A stretch of DNA of 64,000 nucleotides from Andalucia godoyi And28. Lineage: Eukaryota; Protista; Jakobida. The notes under the pieces are model-generated. The model was not told where the DNA came from. It did not search any database and saw only the letters and a list, made by a program, of their open reading frames with translations. Location of the stretch: contig VRVR01000022.1 in the NCBI GenBank assembly GCA_009859145.1, forward strand, positions 1 through 64,000, given 5' to 3'. Position 1 is the stretch's first letter, and the number at the start of each line of letters is the position of its first letter. This document shows positions 29,762-38,266 of the stretch, in pieces. The position numbers were made by a program, and so were the translations under genes.

Positions 29762-30583
29762 ATGAATTCTGCAATGGACGTTCCAAAGAATGCAGATGAG
29801 CAATTTGCGTATGGATTGCGGATATTGCAGCGAGCATTTTCGCTGAAAACCGAGTCGATGGACGCGGATATGTCGAAGTTCAAATCGATGTTTTCCGAGC
29901 AAAAGGCTGTTGTGTCGTCGCTGGAAGACCGTATTCGATCTCTTGAAGAGGACCTTAGCCTTTCCAATGCGAAGAACAAGCAGCTGATCTCTGAAAAGTC
30001 CGCGCTGATTCAGGAAAATGAAAATCTGCATGCTGCACTCAAGAAGACGCAGCGCGACGCAGCACAACTGAACCAGTTCCGGTCCGTCATCATCTCGTCG
30101 CTTCACGAAACCGACGTTGCAGATGCGGCGTTTGCGAACCCGTCTTCGGGGAGAGGAGCTGCATTGGGAAATTCCTCAGCGACGTTTGGACTGCACTATT
30201 CTCCCGAGTCGCTTGTTTCGCTGTCGGCAACGACGAATCCGTCGCCGCCGACGATGCACGCTGGGAGCTCGCATCACGGCGGCGGCCTTGGAAGTGGTGG
30301 AGCGTCGACTGGCGATTACTCGGGAATGGGCGCATCTGCACACGGGTCGAATGCGTTTGGAAGCGGTGGGGGAGCCGTGGACGGCAAAGAGTTCTTTAGA
30401 CTTGCAAGATCGCGATTGGACTACGCAGCGTTCCAGGAGTTTCTGGGCTTGATCAAAAAGCTGAATAATAGGTCATCGACAAAGGCAGAAACCCTGGGAC
30501 ATGCTCGGTCCATCTTTCTCGGTGCTGGTCACGAGGACCTCTTTTTCCAGTTTGAGAAGCTTCTCGAGAATCATCGGGACTGA
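29762..30583 (+). CDS. At4g15545-like coiled-coil protein with conserved C-terminal helical domain (273 aa)
   Basis: N-terminal coiled coil. C-terminal VDGKEFFRLARSRLDYAAFQEFLGLIKKLN...ETL..ARSIF...DLF.QFEKLL matches the recalled At4g15545 family pattern. Confidence 0.8.
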   Translation: MNSAMDVPKNADEQFAYGLRILQRAFSLKTESMDADMSKFKSMFSEQKAVVSSLEDRIRSLEEDLSLSNAKNKQLISEKSALIQENENLHAALKKTQRDAAQLNQFRSVIISSLHETDVADAAFANPSSGRGAALGNSSATFGLHYSPESLVSLSATTNPSPPTMHAGSSHHGGGLGSGGASTGDYSGMGASAHGSNAFGSGGGAVDGKEFFRLARSRLDYAAFQEFLGLIKKLNNRSSTKAETLGHARSIFLGAGHEDLFFQFEKLLENHRD

Positions 30584-30823
30584 CTGAGTGCTGTATTTTT
30601 TCATATTTTTTCATATTTTTTTATATATTTTTTTCTGGCAGAAAACCGATGCGCAGCATTTTAAAACATTTCGTGTTGAATCTTATTCGTTTGCATAATT
30701 TACATGTTGTGTGGAGATTTCAATAAATTTTCTTTTTTTTTCTTTTTTTTTGCTTCTTCAACAAGGGCATCGCGCACACTCGGTCTGGCCGTCGGAAAAA
30801 CAAAACAGAATGCTTCCTCTTTC

Positions 30824-32404
30824 TCAGATGCCCCAGACGCGACCAAACAAGGACAGCGCAACGATCGGTGCCGGCTTCCACGAGCTGTGACCCACCTGCA
30901 GACATTCGCTGGTTCTCGATTCACTGACTAGGACATCCAGCGCCTCTGGTGGATAAGGAATCGTGCTGTTTCCTGCAAACAGCGGGAAGAACCGAGAAGC
31001 CGCAAAGGACTCGGCGGTGGTGTCGATGCACAGCTTTGCCTTCCTGACAATCGCTTGGGAATGCATCGCACCAGACACTGGACTGCAGTTACCGGCATCC
31101 AGGCACTGCACCAAAGAGCACGATTTCACACAAATCACGCCATTGAACAAGCCGTCCATGGCAACCAATGCATGGGGCTTTGCCGCGTCGATGCGCTCGT
31201 AGGATATGTCCAGGCTGCACTGCACGTCGCCTGCACGGGCACTCAACGATGCTGTCGGGGTGACAATCTTTTGGATATCCATGATCATCGCACCGCACAA
31301 TTCCTGCTGTCGTGGCGACGGCGGCTGCTGCTGCTTCTGCGGCTTCTTGAGCTGCGCTTTCCGAGTCAGAGATACACGAGTCCCGCGAGTGGTGTTGGTG
31401 CTCTGGAAAGAGCTCGCTGAGCTCTCGCGTGGAGGGAAGGCAGGTCGAGGGTTCAAGGGGAGATCAACAATGACCATTTCATCGCGCGGCTCGATTCCTG
31501 AATTGTACGTATAGTCCAGCATTTGACCGCCCGCTCGAAAGACTCCCGATCCCGAGTTGAACCATGACGCGCCAACCGTGCTGACAACAACGTCAATGTC
31601 AAAGTAACGCGCATACGCTTGCCAGAACGGTAACGAAGTGATCACGGGCCCCGTATTCACCCACCATGATGTCACGAGCATTCCCGTGATGTTTCGCTCC
31701 ATCAAGCTCTGAAGCGGATACGGGAACATGATGTCGAAGCACACAAGCATCCCAAACCGTGTGTGCTCATCGGGAGAAAAAACCGTTGGGGTGACCACAG
31801 GAGGCACATCAAACAGCAGCGATTCGGACTTGTACAAGTGCGACTTGAAATACGAAGCAACGATGGTTCCGAAGCTGTCAAACAGCAGAAACGTGTTGTA
31901 CAGCATCTTTGTCCCGGTTTTCGGGTCCATGACGTACGTTGCGAAATCAACGCCCAGATTCACCTTGTACTTTAGTGCCATGCACGAGAGTGCCGGAAGG
32001 GCGTAGAACCGTGCATCTTGGGTGTTCGGAATCGCCTGGATCTCGCTGATTCCTGCACGAGTGTTGAAAAACGGGTCTTGGCATGGATTGATCCCCGAAG
32101 GGGCAACCAACCACTCGGCAAAGTACATCAGTTGGGTGCGATTCAGATTTGCAGAGGATCCATAGAGTCCGTACTCTGGGAAAACCAACAGCTGTGCCGC
32201 GGAATCCTCTGCCCTGCTCAGATACTGGTTATAGTTCTCTAGATTTGTGCGCAACACCGCGCGAGCCGACTCCACATCGGACACCGAAGGATCCGTTTCC
32301 GGCGTGTATTCCACAACCCCAACTTTCAGACTGCTCACAGCATGCACAGCATACGAAGCAAGCAAACAGAGTACAATAAGGCACTTCATGGTCGTCGAAC
32401 CCAT
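30824..32404 (-). CDS. Vanin/biotinidase/pantetheinase-like carbon-nitrogen hydrolase, secreted (~526 aa)
   Basis: Signal peptide MKCLIVLCLLASYAVHA. The nitrilase triad is intact: FPEYG (E), YFKSHL (K), VCFDI (C). A C-terminal Cys-rich vanin-type domain follows. Confidence 0.9.
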   Translation of the reverse strand: MGSTTMKCLIVLCLLASYAVHAVSSLKVGVVEYTPETDPSVSDVESARAVLRTNLENYNQYLSRAEDSAAQLLVFPEYGLYGSSANLNRTQLMYFAEWLVAPSGINPCQDPFFNTRAGISEIQAIPNTQDARFYALPALSCMALKYKVNLGVDFATYVMDPKTGTKMLYNTFLLFDSFGTIVASYFKSHLYKSESLLFDVPPVVTPTVFSPDEHTRFGMLVCFDIMFPYPLQSLMERNITGMLVTSWWVNTGPVITSLPFWQAYARYFDIDVVVSTVGASWFNSGSGVFRAGGQMLDYTYNSGIEPRDEMVIVDLPLNPRPAFPPRESSASSFQSTNTTRGTRVSLTRKAQLKKPQKQQQPPSPRQQELCGAMIMDIQKIVTPTASLSARAGDVQCSLDISYERIDAAKPHALVAMDGLFNGVICVKSCSLVQCLDAGNCSPVSGAMHSQAIVRKAKLCIDTTAESFAASRFFPLFAGNSTIPYPPEALDVLVSESRTSECLQVGHSSWKPAPIVALSLFGRVWGI

Positions 32405-32433
32405 TCCAAAGCAAACACACCAACAACAGCAGC

Positions 32434-32475
32434 AAAGACGCAAAGACGCAAAGACGCAAAGACGCAAAGACGCAA
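32434..32475. repeat. (AAAGACGC)x5 octamer repeat upstream of the vanin start
   Basis: Directly visible. Confidence 0.9.
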
Positions 32476-32773
32476 GGCAAGAAGAATGAACGAGGAAAAT
32501 GAAAAAAAACGATGATCGGGAATTTCGATGTCGGGAAATTTACCCAAAGTGTGTGGGCACGCACAATCAACTGATGCTGCGGGATAGGATCGAGTCCGTC
32601 CTTCGAACACTCTCCGCAGTTCCCGCACAGGTTCGACTTTGTCTTTTTGGACGAGCAACTTGCTCGACGCTGGACACCACCCAGCCCAGTGCCCTTCCAC
32701 TGTTTCATCTCTCCGCTGCTCTCGGCTTTTGAATTATTCGGCCGTTGCGTTGGATGGCTGCTCGGCTTCAGTG

Positions 32774-33891
32774 ATGAGTGGAACGGTACTTGTTCTGTTG
32801 ATAGCGCTGGGTGTTGGGTTTTCGGCAGTACGCTCGGAGCCTGTCATTCCTCAGCAGTTTTACGCTGTCCTGAGCGGAGTCGATTTCGGGTACGTTGATT
32901 CCTGGTTTGTCGAGCATGTGTCTGCTCTTCTCTGGCTGTCCAAGTACTCGTCATATTTGTGTGCTAACCGTGATTTGTCTGTTTGTCTGTCTGTCTGTTT
33001 GTTTGTTTGTTTGCTCGCTTGCTTGCTTGCTTGTGTGTGTGTGTGTGTGCAGGACACCCTGGAATGGAACAAAGTACTTTGACGGAGTGAACAAGCGGTT
33101 CCGATTCGACTGGTTTTCAGGGGAGAAAGCATCCGTGTCCATTGCACGATACGATGTGCTGGACAATCAAGGCTGGGGAAAGCTCTTCGCATACTGCAAG
33201 CTGATCGACGTCTGTCAGTATGAGCCGGTTGAGCCGCCGATGAGCTCGGTCGGAAATCTTACGGGTGCTGAATTCAAGGGAATAGTTGAGGTGCGAGGAC
33301 TCCAGACGGAGCACTGGCAGTTCCCGTACAGCTCGCCTCCAGAATATTGGGCTGTCTATGACTACTATGTACAAGAAGTGCATCCGCATGTCTTCTTCTG
33401 GGTTTTTTCCTTTTTTTTTTAATTAATTTAATTTAATCACGCCCTGCCATCTGTTCTTTCTTCTGTTTATCACGGTAACATGTATGCTAACCATCGATAC
33501 CGTTGAGCTCATTTGGCTCGTCCGTTTTTTGATGTCCTGCATTACAGAGATGTGTATTTTCCAGTCCAATTTACATACCATGGATACGACGGTGCGTATG
33601 AGGTTGATTGGCTGCATTTTGAAATAGATACAAAACTGCCAGAGAGCGTTTTTGAACCAGAGCAATCGTATGTTTTGTGCAGCATTCTTCATTAATCTAC
33701 CAACGTTTGATGTTGTAGAATTCAAATGCTGATGTCCTTTGTGGAACTTGGGGAATAGTTGGCCAGCTTGCGAACCGCTGTCCACACTCGCCCCTGAAAA
33801 GGCAAAGAAGGGCCGGTTGGATGATGACGTCGCCGAGCAACATCGTGGGCTGAGCAAACTCGTTGCCCTCGGTGCCAAAGACTACTTGTGA
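32774..33891 (+). CDS. Ependymin-related/LolA-fold-like secreted protein, 4 exons (32774-32889, 33053-~33370, ~33548-33667, 33759-33891)
   Basis: Signal peptide plus PQQFYA. Intron 32890-33052 (GTACGT...GCTAAC...GCAG) joins VDFG|TPWNGTKYFDGVNKRFRFDW. Intron 33668-33758 (GTATGT...TAG) joins VFEPEQS|WPAC. The middle intron boundaries are unresolved. Confidence 0.6.
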
Positions 33892-34109
33892 GCACGCACT
33901 CGAGCAGCGATGGGTCTTTATTGTACTTTTGACTCTCTGCGGATCGCAAATGAAGAGGAACAACAACAACAACAACAACAATAATAATAATAATAATAAT
34001 TAAAAAGGCAGCGTTCTAAGTTAAGAAAATAGGGTTTCGGAAGGTCTACGTCTACTGAAAGAACATTCCTGCAATCCTTTACGGCGAATCTGGAATCTCA
34101 TCAAAGACA

Positions 34110-34598
34110 TTAATTAAAGAACCGTGTGCAGGTCACAAGGAAACTGCAAAAAGACCCAAAGGACGGAGGACCATGATGCTCTCTCCTCGCAGCCTCTGGA
34201 AACAAGTCCAGAAAGAACTGTCGGGGTTCCTCGGAATCGCACCCAAACAGCTGAACTGGGTAGCAATTGGCAGATCCCCAAACGGGCTGCTTCCTTGTCA
34301 AAGGCCCCGCTGGGTATGCATCCACAAGGATTTTCAGTACCTCGGCATCCACCGGTGCATTGTCGCACGCATGGTGGATCAGCAGACTTCCAGAACTGTC
34401 AGATTCTCCTGCAGCCGATGGATTCACAGCGACCAACATCCGCACGATCCGCGTGTCCGCGGCTGTCTTTACAAAAAGCACTTGTCTCCACGGAGAAACG
34501 GCCAGGTGCAGCGCACGTTGTTGCTGGAAAGCATGCACTTTGGAAGGTGCCTTCTGGATAAGCTGCGAGGGTCGAAGCGTTGCACATTCTTTTTCGCG
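34110..34598 (-). CDS. Ankyrin-repeat protein, 5' end unresolved (partial or disrupted)
   Basis: QRALHLAV, IVRMLVAVNPSAA...SLLIHHAC...EVLKILVDAYP are ankyrin-type repeats. There is no ATG in frame, with an in-frame TGA at 34599-34601. Confidence 0.6.
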   Translation of the reverse strand, partial: REKECATLRPSQLIQKAPSKVHAFQQQRALHLAVSPWRQVLFVKTAADTRIVRMLVAVNPSAAGESDSSGSLLIHHACDNAPVDAEVLKILVDAYPAGPLTRKQPVWGSANCYPVQLFGCDSEEPRQFFLDLFPEAARREHHGPPSFGSFCSFLVTCTRFFN

Positions 34599-34882
34599 TC
34601 AAGAGCCCGATGCAAAAACAGCTATACTGCTTGCCAGCCGCCCGCCAGCCTGCCAGTTTGTTCGGGTTGCTGGCTTTTGTGTGCTGATTTAGCCAACGCT
34701 TGCATCGTCCCAGCAGTTCACAACCATCAACCACTGCCTATTTATTCTACACTCTACAACTGTGTCTTTTGTGTCCTGCGACCGGCGCCCTGCGACCTGC
34801 TTCACACCGAGAAAACTCCGCAGTCATCCAATCCAAAAGAATATTTAAAAAAGACTTGAACAACCCGCATGCCAGACACGCA

Positions 34883-37777
34883 TTACAATAGGCTATTGTG
34901 CTTAAGAACTCGCTTGATAAATGCGGAGCCTCGAATGGAAGAATTGGCAGATCCGCTAAACGAAGAGGCGTGCGATGCAACAGAACTGGAAGAGCGGAAG
35001 GTGCTCTGCAGATCACTCTCTTCGGATCGCACCTCGTTGGCTGCATTTTGCCGTCGATCAATAAAAGCAAACGTGCCTTCTCGGTCTCTCCTCTCTGCTT
35101 CCAACTCCAACAGCTCCTCTTCAGACATCTTCTGATCGGCCTTGCCAAACATGCCGTCCGGATGAGCGGCGCGCCCTTTCACAGGATCGAAAGAGAGGTT
35201 CTTTGGCCCGTTCTTCGGCGAAACCGGCTGCAAAGGCCCAACTTTGGCAAAAAAGGGCGCTCGGCTCTTCTTCTTTTCTGGATCAAAAACCTTTGCTTGA
35301 TCAGGATCGGAAGACAGCAACGGCGATCGTGGCTTTGCATCGTCTTCAGTATCCTTGCGAATCGTGATGAACTTCGGCACATTGCTCACAGCGGGAAGTG
35401 GCGAGCCTTTTTGTGGAGACCGCGAGCGCCCAGGTGCTGTGCGAGCCCGGAGGGCTGGTGCAGCACCGTCCATCAGCGTGTCGAACACGTGATCGGGGAC
35501 AGTCTCGACCTTGGCTTTCATGACTGCGCCGGCAAATTCTCGCTGGAAACGTGCCGCCCATTCAGCTTTCAAAAACTGCAAGCGGGGGCGATACTTCTTG
35601 GCAAAACTGAAAAACGTATCCTTGTACGGAGACGGAACGTGCACCCAGCATTCTCTCATTGTCAAGATACGCGGCGCAGAATGACGTTTGGGACCGAGCG
35701 ATTCGTCCTGAGCGACAGTGCTGCAGGACACCAAAGACGGCGTGTCATCGCTAAAAAAGAACCCATCGTCCTCCATAGCAGCAAAGCATTCCGTGTACAG
35801 CTGAACCGACGACCGCAGATCTTCCCGCTCGTCCGCTATGATCGCCTCCTCAATCTTCCGCATCAAACACCCGACATATCTGTACGCGCGCTCCTCGTTT
35901 CGCATTTGCTTGAACGTAACATCCTCTATCCACTTCTGCTTCTGCATCATGAGTTGCTTTCGGAAAGCATGGTTGTCAAACTTTTCCGCCTTGCGCAGAA
36001 TGTCATGTGCGCGAACAGTGGCACGGAACTCTTGCAGCATTCCCTGCTGCTGCTCACGCAAATGTCGTGCGTACTCCGTGTACTCGCCTCTACCATTTTC
36101 TGATTCCGTGGCCTCTGAACTCGTGTCGGGATGCTCCGCTTCTTCCATTTCCTTTTCCTTCTCCGCTTGCAGTGTTTTCAATTTGGGAACGATGTGCTTC
36201 ACCCAGGAAATGCGCCACTGCGGATACACTTGCACCGTGGGGCTCGTCTTGTCCAGAAAGAAGTCCACGAGAGGAGACCTAGAGTACACATCAAACACGG
36301 TGGTTTCGGTGCGATACAGTTGCTTCACCAGCGGTCGGTCGAATACCTTGGTTGATCCTGCAGCATACCATTTACTGACGCCGGAAGACGTTCCTGGTCT
36401 TGAGGGCTTACGCACGGACAGCTGAGACTGAATCGTGACCGCGGAAACAACAGATCGGGGAGAGAGAGCAGTCGAACGAGGCGACGTAGAGGTGAAGGGG
36501 TCGGGAGATGACGCATCGGCCGTCGCGGAGCCCGGTTGGACAGATGCCGCAACACCCATAAACGACCTCGAATACATCCGATTGTGGATCGATTTCGACT
36601 TTTCCTTTTCGTCCATTTCCATTGTTTTCAGTTTTTTGTGCAGTTTCTTGAAGGCAAACTTTTTGGTTTCCTCTTCTGATTCGGCGTTGTCCGCCACGTT
36701 CAGGAACCTCCGCGGTTCTTCGTAATCTGGGTGGGACGGATCGGACAGCGCATCGACAGAGGATCGTGGAATCATGTTGGCTCGCAGGGACCGATCCCCA
36801 AGGGATAGCAAATCACCAGAACCGCTGGCCCTCGAAGACGTCCTGTTGGATCCAGTCGCATCTGACTGCGCGCTACCTCCGCGGCTCGGCCGTCTTTCCA
36901 TCACTGGTTCTGATAGCATGTCCGAGGTGGATGCTGTGTTCTTCATCATATTCGAAAGCTGGAGCGCTCTCTTTGCTCGTTTCCACGACTCCTTGCCCTC
37001 CTGAATGACCCGCTTCAGCGTTGGCACAATGCGCTCCGTCGACTTCCAGTGGCTATAGGCAGGCTCCGGAGGCACCATCCCCGTCATCCACACGCTCACA
37101 GTTCTTGATATTAGAATCTTGAACTGATCATTGTCGAAAATTGACTTGGTCATTGGGAAACAGATTGTAAATCCCGTGAAGATGCTTTGCGAAACCACGT
37201 CCGGAAAGAATTTGAGCACCGGGTCACGCGACCGGGTATCCAGGCTGAGGAACGCTGCACAGTACGAATGCGCCATTCTCAGAAAGAGATGTTCTTGTTC
37301 CTTGGCCACATTAGAAATGCTGTGGATGGACGGAAGTTCCAATGCCGACGACATGTCCAAAAAGAACCACCAAAACGACGACGCATAGAACGCCTCGACA
37401 GGCTTTGAAAACAGAAAGTTCCTGAACGTATCGCGCACAGTAGACCTCTCGCTCTTGAACTCCATGTGCACGAAAATGTCCCTGAAGATCGGGACGGGCG
37501 AGATCCCATGTGGAAGACATAGAGCTTCGCTGAAGTTCAGCGAGTGCGACAGGTCCACAGGAAAGGCGTGCTCCTCCAGACGGCCCGTTCGCGTCGTGAT
37601 AATCAACCTTGGATACACATTCTCGCCCTTTGCAGATGCTTCCGGCTCCAGCTCTGCGACTCCAGCACTTGGTCGGACATCCAGCCGAGACGCAGCCTCA
37701 ATCCCCTCTGAGAACGGATTCGGCATCACTGCCTCCTCGACCTCAGCCTCAGTCAATGCAAACACACCCGACATCAT
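34883..37777 (-). CDS. FAM227-like (FWWh domain) protein (~964 aa)
   Basis: SFWWFF...LFLRMAHSY...F......RD.VLKFFPDVVSQSIF..F...FP.....F..DQFK matches the recalled FWWh/FAM227 domain. The C-terminal half is low-complexity and coiled-coil. Confidence 0.78.
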   Translation of the reverse strand: MMSGVFALTEAEVEEAVMPNPFSEGIEAASRLDVRPSAGVAELEPEASAKGENVYPRLIITTRTGRLEEHAFPVDLSHSLNFSEALCLPHGISPVPIFRDIFVHMEFKSERSTVRDTFRNFLFSKPVEAFYASSFWWFFLDMSSALELPSIHSISNVAKEQEHLFLRMAHSYCAAFLSLDTRSRDPVLKFFPDVVSQSIFTGFTICFPMTKSIFDNDQFKILISRTVSVWMTGMVPPEPAYSHWKSTERIVPTLKRVIQEGKESWKRAKRALQLSNMMKNTASTSDMLSEPVMERRPSRGGSAQSDATGSNRTSSRASGSGDLLSLGDRSLRANMIPRSSVDALSDPSHPDYEEPRRFLNVADNAESEEETKKFAFKKLHKKLKTMEMDEKEKSKSIHNRMYSRSFMGVAASVQPGSATADASSPDPFTSTSPRSTALSPRSVVSAVTIQSQLSVRKPSRPGTSSGVSKWYAAGSTKVFDRPLVKQLYRTETTVFDVYSRSPLVDFFLDKTSPTVQVYPQWRISWVKHIVPKLKTLQAEKEKEMEEAEHPDTSSEATESENGRGEYTEYARHLREQQQGMLQEFRATVRAHDILRKAEKFDNHAFRKQLMMQKQKWIEDVTFKQMRNEERAYRYVGCLMRKIEEAIIADEREDLRSSVQLYTECFAAMEDDGFFFSDDTPSLVSCSTVAQDESLGPKRHSAPRILTMRECWVHVPSPYKDTFFSFAKKYRPRLQFLKAEWAARFQREFAGAVMKAKVETVPDHVFDTLMDGAAPALRARTAPGRSRSPQKGSPLPAVSNVPKFITIRKDTEDDAKPRSPLLSSDPDQAKVFDPEKKKSRAPFFAKVGPLQPVSPKNGPKNLSFDPVKGRAAHPDGMFGKADQKMSEEELLELEAERRDREGTFAFIDRRQNAANEVRSEESDLQSTFRSSSSVASHASSFSGSANSSIRGSAFIKRVLKHNSLL

Positions 37778-38080
37778 CGTCCACCTCCACGCATCCAACA
37801 ATATATATCAATACACAATAACCGCAATAGCAATAACAGCCTCTGGCTGCATAAATAAATATGGTACAACACTCGTAAAATACAAAATATGATAATAATA
37901 ATAATAATAATAATAATAATAGTAATACAAATGGACGTTGACTCGGGATTCCTCTTCAACAATGAATGAACGAAGACAAAGCTTTTAATAAAATAGTAAT
38001 TATTCAGAGGTTTTGAAAGGAACGCAACAGTCGGTTCAGCTGCGACATAACTGCTGCTGCTCTGTTTCGAGAGCAGTGTC

Positions 38081-38089
38081 TCACGTGAT
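38081..38089. promoter_or_regulatory. TCACGTGA E-box palindrome between divergent FAM227-like and kinase genes
   Basis: The motif is seen directly; function is inferred from position. Confidence 0.4.
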
Positions 38090-38189
38090 GCTACAATGGT
38101 GGGGACTTTTTTTGTTCCAGTCGTAGATGTGCGTGAAAGGGAAGGAAACAAAAGGAAAATGAGAGGATGTTTGGGTGTGCGGGTGTGTG

Positions 38190-38239
<50 letters not shown>

Positions 38240-38266
38240 TATGCGTTGAATGAGAGGTGAGGGTTC

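Noticed and set aside
33721-33760. Selenocysteine-like C-TGA-C (FKC*CPLW)
   Set aside because: It lies inside the GT-AG intron 33668-33758, which gives a clean in-frame join.
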